A DNA stretch of 64,000 bases, from contig CAMLAI010000001.1 in assembly GCA_946477995.1 (NCBI GenBank), positions 7,101 through 71,100 of the forward strand, given 5' to 3'. Source of the DNA: an uncultured Gilliamella sp. Lineage in GTDB: Bacteria > Pseudomonadota > Gammaproteobacteria > Enterobacterales > Orbaceae. The notes under the pieces are model-generated. The model saw nothing but the letters and a program-made list of their open reading frames with translations, had not been told where the DNA came from and ran no database searches. The position numbers and the translations under genes were made by a program. Shown one piece after another: positions 54,310 to 64,000 of the stretch. How positions within the stretch are numbered: the first letter of the stretch is position 1; each line of letters begins with the position of its first letter.

Positions 54310-55182
54310 ATGAGAAGTAATATAGACGGTCATTTTTTACTGATTGGTTTAATGGCATATCCTATTCGTCACAGCTTATCCCCTCAAATGCAAAATACCA
54401 TTTATTCTAAATTGGATATTCCTTATGTCTATTTAGCTTTTGAAGTCGATCAAGAAAAGCTAGCCGATGCTATAAAAGGGCTTCGTGCACTAGGATTACG
54501 TGGTAGCGCTGTATCTATGCCAAATAAACAATTGGTTTGTAACTATTTGGATAAGTTGACTCCTGCTGTTGAAATGAGTGGCGCTTGTAATACTATTTCT
54601 AATGATAATGGTGTATTGACCGGTTATAACACAGATGGTATTGGTTATATGCGCATGCTCAAAGAAGCTGGGGTTGATGTTATTGGCAAAAAAATGACAA
54701 TACTTGGAGCAGGTGGTGCAGCAACAGCAATTGTGGTTCAAGCAGCGCTCGACGGAGTAAATGAGATTGCTATCTTCAATCAAAAAGATGATTGCTATGC
54801 TAAAATTGAAACTGTTGCTAAAAAATTGAATGAAAACACCAAGTGTAAAGTTCAGGTTTTTGATCTTGCCAATGAAACGCAATTACGTAAAGCAATAGCT
54901 GATAGTGCCGTACTATGTAATGCGACTGGGGTTGGCATGAAACCACTAGAAGGACAGAGTTTAATAACCGACCCTACTCTACTAAGGCCTGAGCTTGTCG
55001 TCACTGATTGTATTTATAGCCCTCGCAAAACCAAATTATTAGAAATTGCTGAAAAACAAGGTTGTAAAACCTTAAATGGTATTGGCATGATGTTATGGCA
55101 GGGTGCTGCTCAAATAAAAATTTGGACGGGTGAAGATGCCCCCATTGAGTATGTAAAAGAGAAAATGGGATTTAATGATTAA
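54310..55182 (+). CDS. ydiB: Quinate/shikimate dehydrogenase (YdiB-type)
   Basis: LIGLMAYPIRHSLSP.MQN, SMPNK, NTDG.G, GAGGAA, NAT.VGM, G.GMMLWQGA; closer to YdiB than AroE. Confidence 0.85.
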   Translation: MRSNIDGHFLLIGLMAYPIRHSLSPQMQNTIYSKLDIPYVYLAFEVDQEKLADAIKGLRALGLRGSAVSMPNKQLVCNYLDKLTPAVEMSGACNTISNDNGVLTGYNTDGIGYMRMLKEAGVDVIGKKMTILGAGGAATAIVVQAALDGVNEIAIFNQKDDCYAKIETVAKKLNENTKCKVQVFDLANETQLRKAIADSAVLCNATGVGMKPLEGQSLITDPTLLRPELVVTDCIYSPRKTKLLEIAEKQGCKTLNGIGMMLWQGAAQIKIWTGEDAPIEYVKEKMGFND

Positions 55183-55356
55183 TAGATAGCAAGATTTTTT
55201 TTGGATTGAATTACTAGCTAATTATAACGATTTAAATGACTAAAAAAAGATAGTATCAATTTATTGAGCTTCAAATTGCTATCTGACTTAATATCAAAGA
55301 AAAGCGATACATTATTACTTTCTATTAATAAAAATTTATTGCTAATAGGATATGAC

Positions 55357-56121
55357 ATGAAAACAATTACTATAAAAAATATAGAGATAGGTAAAGGTGC
55401 CCCTAAAATCATTGTGCCACTAGTTGGTAAAACTGAAGAAGAACTGCTTGAAGAAATTACCTATCTACAAGATATCGATTTTGATGTTTTAGAATGGCGT
55501 GCCGATCATTATTGTCACGTTGATAATCTCGACTCGGTAAAGGCCATGGCAAAAAAAATGGCTGATTTATTACCAAATAAACCGATTTTATTTACCTTTC
55601 GAACTGCAAATGAAGGGGGGGTAAAACCTTGGCCGTTAAGCGCTTATGTTGAGTTAAATAAAACGATGGCATCAAGCGGTTTAGTTGATTTAATTGACGT
55701 TGAGGTGTTTATTGGTGATAGCTATGTTAAAGAAATTATCGATGTTGCCCATAAAAATAATGTCTTTGTTGTGGCTTCAAATCACGATTTTGAAAAAACA
55801 CCGACTAAAAGCGGTATTATTTATCGATTACGTAAAATGCAAGATTTAGGTGCAGATATCCCTAAAATTGCGGTTATGCCCAAAAAGACTGAAGATGTAT
55901 TAACACTTCTTGCCGCCACCACCGAAATGAATGAAATGTATGCCACTAAACCAATTATCACTATGTCAATGGCTGGTCTTGGCGCAATTAGTCGAATAGC
56001 TGGCACAATATTTGGTTCAGCAATGACATTTGGTGCGGCTAAAAATGCATCAGCCCCCGGACAGCTTGATGTTAAACAATTGCGTTATATCTTAGATGTG
56101 TTATATCGCTGTAAACAATAG
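55357..56121 (+). CDS. aroD: Type I 3-dehydroquinate dehydratase
   Basis: EWRAD, FTFRT..EGG, SNHDF.KTP, PKIAVMP, TMSM, SAPGQ. Confidence 0.95.
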   Translation: MKTITIKNIEIGKGAPKIIVPLVGKTEEELLEEITYLQDIDFDVLEWRADHYCHVDNLDSVKAMAKKMADLLPNKPILFTFRTANEGGVKPWPLSAYVELNKTMASSGLVDLIDVEVFIGDSYVKEIIDVAHKNNVFVVASNHDFEKTPTKSGIIYRLRKMQDLGADIPKIAVMPKKTEDVLTLLAATTEMNEMYATKPIITMSMAGLGAISRIAGTIFGSAMTFGAAKNASAPGQLDVKQLRYILDVLYRCKQ

Positions 56122-56521
56122 CTCCATTATGCAATAAAATGTAAGATTCATTCCTATGAATAGCAGACACTTAGACTACCTAGCTTCATAAAGATAGGGG
56201 CAAATTTTACATTGTTTTTAATAAGTAATAACAAAAAATCAATTTATTCGTAGTGTCATGATTAATAAATATTTATAATACTGGATAATATCGTTATAAC
56301 TTATCTTTTAAGTTATTAAAATAATACGGTCTAAAGATTGTGCAAATTAACTAACGATAAAATGCTAACAAGTATATACTCAATACATTGCTCTTTTCTG
56401 GTGTTAAAGATGCATTATTTAGCTTTACCAACAACATACTTATTTTAAGTTTGGTTGATAAGTTAAAAATTAAAGAGATTAAAGTATATCAATAACACAA
56501 AAGTATGAGGTTTATTTTTTT

Positions 56522-58951
56522 ATGTTCTCTTGGTGGACAAAAGCTTATTTTTTTCTTATCCAGATCCTAGTGAAACTTTTTGTCAAAAGTAAACCGATTC
56601 CAACAGATCCAATTACAGAACTAGGTTTAGATACGCACCGACCTGTTTTATATGTACTACCGTATAATTCACAAATCGACTTAATGGTAGTTCGCTCCCT
56701 ATGCTTACAATATAAGCTACCCGACCCTTTAGATAGTATAGAGGTTAATGGTAAAACTGTACCAGCCTACATTTATATCGACAAAGGTCCTGGTATTTTT
56801 GCATCCAATCGCCAACAAAATAAAACCATCGAAATTTTAAAAGATTATATTTCGGCTCATCAACAAAATCCTAATCTTGATATACAAATGTTGCCCGTTT
56901 CGGTTATGTTTGGGCGCCGACCAGACAAAGAAGGCAAAAAAATGCCTTCACTACAAGTATTAGGTGCAACCTATAAATTGTTTAAGATTATCGTTTCTGG
57001 GCGTGATTGTTATACTCGTTTTTCTAAAACAGTTTCACTTAAGACTATTGAATTTGATGAAAAACAGGATATTTCTGTTTTAGCACATAAGCTAGCTCGG
57101 GTAGCACGTATTCATTTTGCAAAACTACGAATGGCATCAGTTGGTCCCAAATTACCCGTTCGGCAACAGATGCTAAATAAGTTACTAAATAGTCCAAGAC
57201 TGGCCGATGCGATACAAGAAGAAGCAAAAAGTAAAAATATTAGCTTAGATAAAGCTAAAAAAAATGCATTAGCCAATTTAAACGAAATTGCCGCTAATTT
57301 TTCTTATCGTATGCTCAGAGTAACAGACTTTGTTCTTACTTGGGCCTGGCATAAACTTTACCAAGGACTGAAAGTCACCAATGCAGATCCTGTGCGTGAA
57401 CTGGCACAAAATGGGCATGAGATTGTTTATGCGCCTTGTCATCGTAGTCATATGGATTATTTATTACTCTCCTACGTACTTTACCGACAAGGATTAGTCC
57501 CGCCTCACATAGCAGCGGGTATAAACCTGAATTTCTGGCCTGCAGGTCCAATATTTAGACGACTTGGCGCTTTTTTTATTCGTCGCTCATTTAGAGGAAA
57601 TAAGTTATATACAGCAGTGTTTAGAGAATACTTAGCCGAACTGTTTATCCGTGGTTACGCTGTTGAATATTTTATTGAAGGTGGACGCTCACGTACAGGT
57701 AGATTACTTGATCCTAAAACAGGCATGTTAATGATGACAGTACAAACATTGTTACGTGGTGATGCAAGACCAATTACGGTTGTACCTGTGTATATAGGTT
57801 ATGAACATGTTTTAGAAGTCGCAACTTACGCCAATGAACTACGCGGCGCACAAAAAGAAAAAGAAAGCTTATGGCATACACTTAAAGCTTTCTTAAAATT
57901 GAAAAAGTTAGGTTTTGGCTATGTCAACTTTGGTCACCCTATTTTGCTTAATCAATTTTTAAACCAACAGATACCTGAGTGGCGTGACGCAATCGAGCCA
58001 ACAGGCACAGTTCGCCCTAACTGGTTAACGCCTACAACCAATTTACTCGCCAAGCAAATTATGGAACGGATTAATGCGTCAGCAGCAATTAATGCGATGA
58101 ATTTATGTTGTTCAATACTATTGGCCGCAGATCAACGAGCGTTAACTAAAGTCAGACTACTTGAACACATCGACTATCTTCTAAAATTGTTAAAGAAAAT
58201 CCCTTATTCCGATTTGATAACCATTCCCGATCAAACGCCAGAAGAGCTGTTTGAACACGCTAAAGAAATGGGAAAATTTGTGATTACAACAGATGAAGTG
58301 GGTGAAATGGTTGGCTTAACAACAGAGCAAGCCGTGCTAATGACGTATTATCGTAATAACATCCAGCATTTGCTAATCATCCCAGCGTTAGTTGCCAGAA
58401 TTTTAATAAAGCATAATCGGATTTCTTCAGAAGAAGTGATTAATCAAATCAAATTATTATTCCCGTTAATCAAATCAGAGCTATTTCTTTATCATAATGA
58501 TGAACAACTTACTCAATATGTGAATAAAATCATTGAAACTTACGCTGAGTTAAATTTAATTAGTTATTCACCTGATAAATTAACCTTAAATTATTTAAAA
58601 ATGTCAGCATTACAATTACTTGCTTCATCCTCAAAAGATACTTTGCAGCGCTATATGATTGCGTTTTCTTTGTTACAAAAAGATCCGTCTATTAGTCGTG
58701 CTACTTTAGAAAAAGAAGGGCGGCTTATTGCCGAAAGATTATCGGTTTTACATGGTATTAATGCCCCAGAATTTTTTGATAAAGGCGTATTTGCTACATT
58801 AGTCAGCTCACTACGTGAACAAGGTTATTTAGATGATCAAGGTGGTGCTAATTTAGCTAAAATTGCCACTATGCATGAAACGCTTAAACCTTTGATTACG
58901 GCAAGAGTGATGCAAACTATAGATGAGATAAATCCTTTAGTAGCTCAATAA
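56522..58951 (+). CDS. plsB: Glycerol-3-phosphate 1-O-acyltransferase
   Basis: CHRSHMDY, GAFFIRR, FIEGGRSRTG, YYRNN, HGINAPEFFDK. Confidence 0.97.
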   Translation: MFSWWTKAYFFLIQILVKLFVKSKPIPTDPITELGLDTHRPVLYVLPYNSQIDLMVVRSLCLQYKLPDPLDSIEVNGKTVPAYIYIDKGPGIFASNRQQNKTIEILKDYISAHQQNPNLDIQMLPVSVMFGRRPDKEGKKMPSLQVLGATYKLFKIIVSGRDCYTRFSKTVSLKTIEFDEKQDISVLAHKLARVARIHFAKLRMASVGPKLPVRQQMLNKLLNSPRLADAIQEEAKSKNISLDKAKKNALANLNEIAANFSYRMLRVTDFVLTWAWHKLYQGLKVTNADPVRELAQNGHEIVYAPCHRSHMDYLLLSYVLYRQGLVPPHIAAGINLNFWPAGPIFRRLGAFFIRRSFRGNKLYTAVFREYLAELFIRGYAVEYFIEGGRSRTGRLLDPKTGMLMMTVQTLLRGDARPITVVPVYIGYEHVLEVATYANELRGAQKEKESLWHTLKAFLKLKKLGFGYVNFGHPILLNQFLNQQIPEWRDAIEPTGTVRPNWLTPTTNLLAKQIMERINASAAINAMNLCCSILLAADQRALTKVRLLEHIDYLLKLLKKIPYSDLITIPDQTPEELFEHAKEMGKFVITTDEVGEMVGLTTEQAVLMTYYRNNIQHLLIIPALVARILIKHNRISSEEVINQIKLLFPLIKSELFLYHNDEQLTQYVNKIIETYAELNLISYSPDKLTLNYLKMSALQLLASSSKDTLQRYMIAFSLLQKDPSISRATLEKEGRLIAERLSVLHGINAPEFFDKGVFATLVSSLREQGYLDDQGGANLAKIATMHETLKPLITARVMQTIDEINPLVAQ

Positions 58952-58958
58952 AATAGTC

Positions 58959-59034
58959 AATAAGTTTCAGAAAATCAATGATTACGATTAAGTAAAAATA
59001 AAGATTTATATCGAATACTTTTCTGAAGCTTATT
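58959..59034. repeat. 16-bp inverted repeat with 44-nt spacer after plsB
   Basis: AATAAGTTTCAGAAAA / TTTTCTGAAGCTTATT (one G-T pair). Confidence 0.55.
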
Positions 59035-59094
59035 TCAAAAAATAATTTTTTTATATCTTTTTTACTAAGCTTAAAACCTTTATTTTTGTCTTTT

Positions 59095-59108
59095 TTGACC
59101 TATGTCAA
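59095..59108. promoter_or_regulatory. FNR-like box upstream of fdnG
   Basis: TTGAC-CTAT-GTCAA palindrome versus FNR consensus TTGAT-N4-ATCAA. Confidence 0.55.
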
Positions 59109-59242
59109 ACTTTGTCAGTTCATTTCCGTTTTTTCCTTTATTTCTATTAAATAAACGATTATTATTAGTATAAATAGGGATGTTTATAGCCTCAAACATA
59201 ATAAATCAAATAATGTAATGTCAGCTTTTTTAAGGAGTTCAT

Positions 59243-62200
59243 ATGCTATTGAACCGTAGACAGTTCTTTAAGATCTGTGCTGGTGGTATGGCAGGAACAA
59301 CGGTAGCTACACTCGGATTAGCGCCAACTGTAGCACTCGCACAAACTCGCCAATATAAATTAATCAAATCAAAAGAAACGCGTAATAATTGTACCTACTG
59401 TTCGGTTGGATGTGGAATGTTACTCTACAGCCGTGGAGATGGCGCCAAAAATGCCGAATCGTCTATTTTTCATATCGAAGGCGATCCTGACCATCCTGTT
59501 AGTCGTGGTTCACTGTGCCCAAAAGGTGCCGGTGTCCTTGATTATATTAAAAGTGAGCAACGGGTTAAATATCCGGAATATCGCGCACCGGGCTCAGATA
59601 AATGGCAACGTATTAGTTGGGATGAAGCCATTGATCGCATTGCGCGTTTGATGAAAGCTGACCGAGATAAAAATTTTATCGAAAAAAATGAGAAAGGTAC
59701 AACGGTTAATCGCTGGACAACTACCGGTTGGCTTGTCACATCGGCAGCAAGCAATGAAACGGGTTGGTTAGCTTTTAAAGTGGCGCGTGCGTTAGGCATG
59801 TTAAGCCTTGAAACCCAAGCAAGGGTTTGTCATGGTCCTTCTGTATCAAGCCTAGCGGCCACTTTTGGACGCGGCGCAATGACAAATAACTGGAATGATA
59901 TCAAAAACGCAAATGTCGTTATTGTCATGGGGGGAAATGCAGCTGAAGCCCATCCAGTTGGATTTAAATGGGCTATTGAAGCCAAAATTACTAACGGAGC
60001 AGAACTGATCGCCATCGATCCGCGTTTTCATCGAACGGCTTCTGTTGCTGACCATTATGTCCCAATTCGTTCAGGAACAGATATCACATTTTTACTGGGT
60101 GTGATTAATTATTTAATTACCCATAACGAAGTCAACTTTGAATATTTGGTAACCCACAGTAATGCAAGTTTACTCGTACGCGATGATTTCAATTTTGATA
60201 CCAATACCGGTTTATTTAGTGGTTATGATTCATCTAACCGCCAATACGATCAAACAACATGGGCCTATCAAAAAGATGAAAATGGTTATGCCCTCAGGGA
60301 TAAAACACTGAGTCATCCTCGTTGTGTTTGGAACCTATTAAAACAACATGTTAGTCGTTATACACCTGAAATGGTCAATAAAGTAACCGGCAGTCCTATT
60401 GACAATTTTTTACATGTTTGCCGATCTTTAGCCAGTACTAAAACTAATGATAGAGCTGCGACGTTCTTATATGCTTTAGGGTGGACTCAGCATACTTATG
60501 GTTCACAAATTATCCGCACTGCAGCTATGATACAACTTATTTTAGGTAATATTGGTGTAATGGGCGGCGGAATTAACGCCTTACGTGGTCACTCCAATAT
60601 TCAAGGTTTAACTGATGTCGGTTTATTATCTAACCGTTTACCTGCTTATCTTGATTTACCAAAAGAATCACAAATCACGCTCGCACAATATTTAGAAGAA
60701 AAAACACCCAAACCGCTTGGTCCGAGCGAAGTTAACTTTTGGGGCAATTATCCAAAATTCTTTGTCAGTTTTATGAAGTCAATGTACGGCGATAAATCAA
60801 CAAAAGAGAACGATTGGGGTTTTGATTGGTTGCCTAAGTGGGACAAAACGTATGATGTTTTAAGATTTAGTAAGATGATGCGTGATAAACAAGCTAATGG
60901 CTTTATTTGTCAAGGGTTTAATCCACTTGCAGCGCTACCTGATAAAAACAGTATTCGTGAAGGTTTATCCAATCTAAAATTTTTGGTAAGCATTGATCCA
61001 ATGCCAACAGAGACAGCCGAATTTTGGAAAAACCACGGTGAATCTAATGATGTCGATCCAAGTAAAATCCAAACAGAAGTTTTTAGATTACCATCAAACT
61101 GCTTTGCAGAAGAAAATGGCACCATTGTAAACTCTTCTCGATGGTTACAATGGCATTGGGCAGCGGCAAGACCACCTTATGAAGCAATATATGATCCAGA
61201 AATTATTGCACGTATCTTCTTAAGAATAAAAGAGCTATATGCCGAAGAAGGTGGTGCGTACCATGAAGCTATCGATAATTTAACTTGGGATTATCAAGAC
61301 CCTGAAGGTCCAGCTGCCGAAGAGTTATCCAAGGAGTGTAATGGTCGAGCATTAGCAGATTTAACCGATGCTAATGGCAATGTCATACTTAAAAAAGGCC
61401 AGTTATTAAGCGGTTTTTCCCAATTAAAAGCCGACGGAACTACGTCTTCAGGTATTTGGATCTTTTGTGGTTCCTGGACAGAACAAGGTAACCAAATGGC
61501 AAGACGCGATCCTAGCGATCCATCAGGTAAAGGCGTTCATGCTGGTTGGGCTTGGGCGTGGCCAATGAATCGACGAGTCTTGTATAACCGCGCATCAGCA
61601 GATGAAAATGGTAAACCTTACGATCCTAAACGCGTTTTAGTCAAATGGAATGGCTCAAGTTGGGTAGGAAATGATGTACCTGACTTTACCGCAACCTTAT
61701 CACCAAGCACTGGTGCGGGTGCTTTTATCATGAATAATGATGGTTTAGGTGGACTATTTTGCTTAAATCGACTAGTTGATGGACCATTCCCTGAACATTA
61801 TGAACCATTTGAAACACCTATTACGACCAATCCTCTGCACCCAAGTCAAATTAGTAGTCCTGTGGCTCGTGCATTTAAAGAGGATTTAGCGCGATTAGGT
61901 AATGCTGAACAATTTCCTTATGTGGGTACGACTTATAGTATTACCGAACATTTTCATTTTTGGACTCAGCATGCAAGACTAGCATCAATTACTCAACCTG
62001 AACAATTTATAGAGCTGAGTGAAAATCTAGCCAATAAAAAAGGTATTAAACTTGGCGATACCGTAAAAGTCACTTCATACCGAGGCTATATTAAGGCTAA
62101 AGCGGTTGTGACTAAGCGCCTTCCAACATTGACTGTTGATGGTAAAGAAATCGAAACCATTGGAATTCCGATCGTTTGGGGATTCACAGGTCAGACTAAG

Positions 62201-62311
62201 AAAGGATTTTTAGTGAATGAATTAACGCCACATTTAGGTGACGCTAATTCACAAACTCCAGAATATAAATCATTCTTAGTCAATATCGAGAAAGTTACCA
62301 CTGCGGCATAA
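59243..62311 (+). CDS. fdnG: Formate dehydrogenase-N/O alpha subunit (Cys-containing)
   Basis: Tat signal [16 protein letters not shown] Fe-S motif, QARV-C-HGP with TGT at the Sec position, [10 protein letters not shown]. Confidence 0.93.
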   Translation: MLLNRRQFFKICAGGMAGTTVATLGLAPTVALAQTRQYKLIKSKETRNNCTYCSVGCGMLLYSRGDGAKNAESSIFHIEGDPDHPVSRGSLCPKGAGVLDYIKSEQRVKYPEYRAPGSDKWQRISWDEAIDRIARLMKADRDKNFIEKNEKGTTVNRWTTTGWLVTSAASNETGWLAFKVARALGMLSLETQARVCHGPSVSSLAATFGRGAMTNNWNDIKNANVVIVMGGNAAEAHPVGFKWAIEAKITNGAELIAIDPRFHRTASVADHYVPIRSGTDITFLLGVINYLITHNEVNFEYLVTHSNASLLVRDDFNFDTNTGLFSGYDSSNRQYDQTTWAYQKDENGYALRDKTLSHPRCVWNLLKQHVSRYTPEMVNKVTGSPIDNFLHVCRSLASTKTNDRAATFLYALGWTQHTYGSQIIRTAAMIQLILGNIGVMGGGINALRGHSNIQGLTDVGLLSNRLPAYLDLPKESQITLAQYLEEKTPKPLGPSEVNFWGNYPKFFVSFMKSMYGDKSTKENDWGFDWLPKWDKTYDVLRFSKMMRDKQANGFICQGFNPLAALPDKNSIREGLSNLKFLVSIDPMPTETAEFWKNHGESNDVDPSKIQTEVFRLPSNCFAEENGTIVNSSRWLQWHWAAARPPYEAIYDPEIIARIFLRIKELYAEEGGAYHEAIDNLTWDYQDPEGPAAEELSKECNGRALADLTDANGNVILKKGQLLSGFSQLKADGTTSSGIWIFCGSWTEQGNQMARRDPSDPSGKGVHAGWAWAWPMNRRVLYNRASADENGKPYDPKRVLVKWNGSSWVGNDVPDFTATLSPSTGAGAFIMNNDGLGGLFCLNRLVDGPFPEHYEPFETPITTNPLHPSQISSPVARAFKEDLARLGNAEQFPYVGTTYSITEHFHFWTQHARLASITQPEQFIELSENLANKKGIKLGDTVKVTSYRGYIKAKAVVTKRLPTLTVDGKEIETIGIPIVWGFTGQTKKGFLVNELTPHLGDANSQTPEYKSFLVNIEKVTTAA

Positions 62312-62325
62312 AAGGAGGGAAAATT

Positions 62326-63300
62326 ATGTCATTACAAACTCAAGATATTATTCGCCGCTCTGCAACAAATGCATTAACTCCGGCTCCACGAGCTCGAGAT
62401 TATCAACAAGAAGTGGCTAAATTAATTGATGTAACTACGTGTATTGGTTGCAAAGCATGTCAAGTCGCTTGTAGCGAATGGAATGATTTGCGAGCCGAAA
62501 TTGGTCATACTGTCGGCGTATATGATAATCCAGCAGATTTAGAACCTAAAGCATGGACGGTAATGCGCTATTCAGAAGTTGAAGTCAATGGTAAATTTGA
62601 ATGGCTTATTCGTAAAGATGGTTGTATGCACTGTGCCGATCCTGGTTGTTTAAAAGCTTGCCCATCTGAAGGTGCAATCATACAGTATGCGAATGGAATT
62701 GTTGATTTTCAATCAGAGCATTGTATTGGTTGTGGTTACTGTGTGGCGGGTTGTCCATTTAATATTCCTCGGGTCAGTAAAGAAGATAATCATTCTTACA
62801 AATGCACTTTATGTGTCGATCGCGTAGCGGTTGGTCAAGAACCCGCTTGTGTTAAAACCTGCCCAACTGGCGCTATCCATTTTGGTACAAAGCAAGATAT
62901 GATTCGCCATGCAGAACATCGAATCGAAGATTTGAAAAAACGCGGTTTTGAACACGCAGGTCTTTATGATCCTCAAGGTGTAGGGGGAACTCATGTTATG
63001 TACGTCTTACATCATGCTGATCAACCTGAGCTATACCATGGTTTACCAAAAGATCCACATATTAGCGAAGTTGTTAAATTCTGGAAAGGTGCATGGAAGC
63101 CACTTTCAGCTGCTGCGTTTGTTGCAACATTTGGAGGTTTATTGTTCCATTATATGGGTGTTGGCGCAATTGAAGTGGATGAAGAAGACATTGAACATGA
63201 AAAACAGGCTGATGCACAAGCCCGAAAACGACTAGGTTTGCCAGCTTTTTCACGAAAAAATACAGCAAATTCATCACAACAGGAGAGCCATCATGAATAA
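62326..63300 (+). CDS. fdnH: Formate dehydrogenase beta (Fe-S) subunit
   Basis: [31 protein letters not shown]; C-terminal TM helix. Confidence 0.95.
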   Translation: MSLQTQDIIRRSATNALTPAPRARDYQQEVAKLIDVTTCIGCKACQVACSEWNDLRAEIGHTVGVYDNPADLEPKAWTVMRYSEVEVNGKFEWLIRKDGCMHCADPGCLKACPSEGAIIQYANGIVDFQSEHCIGCGYCVAGCPFNIPRVSKEDNHSYKCTLCVDRVAVGQEPACVKTCPTGAIHFGTKQDMIRHAEHRIEDLKKRGFEHAGLYDPQGVGGTHVMYVLHHADQPELYHGLPKDPHISEVVKFWKGAWKPLSAAAFVATFGGLLFHYMGVGAIEVDEEDIEHEKQADAQARKRLGLPAFSRKNTANSSQQESHHE

Positions 63301-63988
63301 GAAAGGCATGATACTTAGAACACCACTTATTGTTCGCTTCTGTCACTGGTGTATGGTATGTCTGTTTATTTTAACTGCACTATCTGGACTGTCATTATTT
63401 TTTCCTTCAATAAAATTATTTGGATTAGTGCTTGGTACCCCGCAATTAGTTAGGGCATTACACCCAATTATTGGCTGTATTGTGTTTGTCCTTTTAATGT
63501 TTATGTTTGTAAAACTGGCTCACCATAATATTCCTAATAAGAACGATCTTATCTGGATAAAAAACTTCAAAAAAGTGATTATGGGTAAAGAAGAAGGTAT
63601 TCCTATTGGCAAATATAATGTGGGTCAAAAGTTTCTATTTTGGTGCATTATGAGTTTAATTTTTGTGTTATTTGTGACAGGAATGATCATGTGGCGCCGA
63701 TATGTTTCTGATTACTTTCCAATACCAATTGTTCGTTTAGCTATCTTTTTCCACTCTTTTGCGGCAATTTGTTTAATCTTACTTGCTATTGGTCATGCTT
63801 ATATGGCAATTTGGGTTAAAGGTTCGATTAAAGGAATGATAACAGGCTACGTTTCACGTGCTTGGGCACGAAAAAATCATTCATCTTGGTATGAAGCAGA
63901 AATGTCAAAAATATACCAAGAAGAACTTAAAACAAGTACCGAAGCTAAAGAAGCTCAATCGACTAAAATAGAACAAAAGCCCGCTTAA
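63293..63988 (+). CDS. fdnI: Formate dehydrogenase cytochrome b556 gamma subunit
   Basis: R.CHW, HP.IG, GKYN.GQK, HS, H.YMA.WVKGSI.GM..GYV...WA.K.H..W. Confidence 0.93.
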   Translation: MNKKGMILRTPLIVRFCHWCMVCLFILTALSGLSLFFPSIKLFGLVLGTPQLVRALHPIIGCIVFVLLMFMFVKLAHHNIPNKNDLIWIKNFKKVIMGKEEGIPIGKYNVGQKFLFWCIMSLIFVLFVTGMIMWRRYVSDYFPIPIVRLAIFFHSFAAICLILLAIGHAYMAIWVKGSIKGMITGYVSRAWARKNHSSWYEAEMSKIYQEELKTSTEAKEAQSTKIEQKPA

Positions 63989-64000
63989 TAAAACTTTGTA

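Noticed and set aside
63170-63300. Extended C-terminus of FdnH
   Set aside because: Variable charged tail overlapping the fdnI start; no evidence of a distinct function
450-63346. Numerous 60-130 aa ORFs nested in or antisense to confident genes
   Set aside because: Fully overlap well-supported CDSs and show no recognisable motifs
1-64000. CRISPR array, tRNA/rRNA, IS transposase, prophage, known defence systems
   Set aside because: No regularly spaced direct repeats, RNA gene signatures or matching ORFs seen

Overview
AT-rich gammaproteobacterial chromosome segment. Gene content and protein style suggest Orbaceae (Gilliamella/Frischella/Orbus-like insect-gut symbiont); this is an inference. 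It is mostly housekeeping genes in shuffled order: rsgA, orn, waaA, hemH, galU, tyrB, ffh, ispB, tonB, pepP, ptsHI-crr, pgi, metA, sapBCDF, rne, syd, aspC, folK, dksA, gluQ, moaA, ppnN, radA, serB, rsmB, plsB and fdnGHI. I saw no rRNA, tRNA, CRISPR, transposase or phage genes. Accessory highlights: (1) a lyase-type S-(2-succino)cysteine salvage-like cluster (ASL-family lyase, GNAT, ABC importer) with a convergent MmgE/PrpD gene; both units carry a near-identical 19-bp upstream motif at the same spacing, and no deacetylase is present; (2) a Firmicutes-type CoA-disulfide reductase beside a TcyP-like cystine symporter; (3) two divergent tandem paralogous membrane proteins of unknown function; (4) a Cys-for-Sec formate dehydrogenase with no SECIS; (5) a sap operon lacking sapA; (6) a ydiB-aroD pair. 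Features missed by the ORF track include an entericidin gene, a Moco riboswitch, the rne leader, Fur/MetJ/FNR-like boxes, several long-spacer inverted repeats and a probable pseudogene remnant between pgi and metA. Several start coordinates were shifted from the ORF track based on RBS and homologue N-termini.
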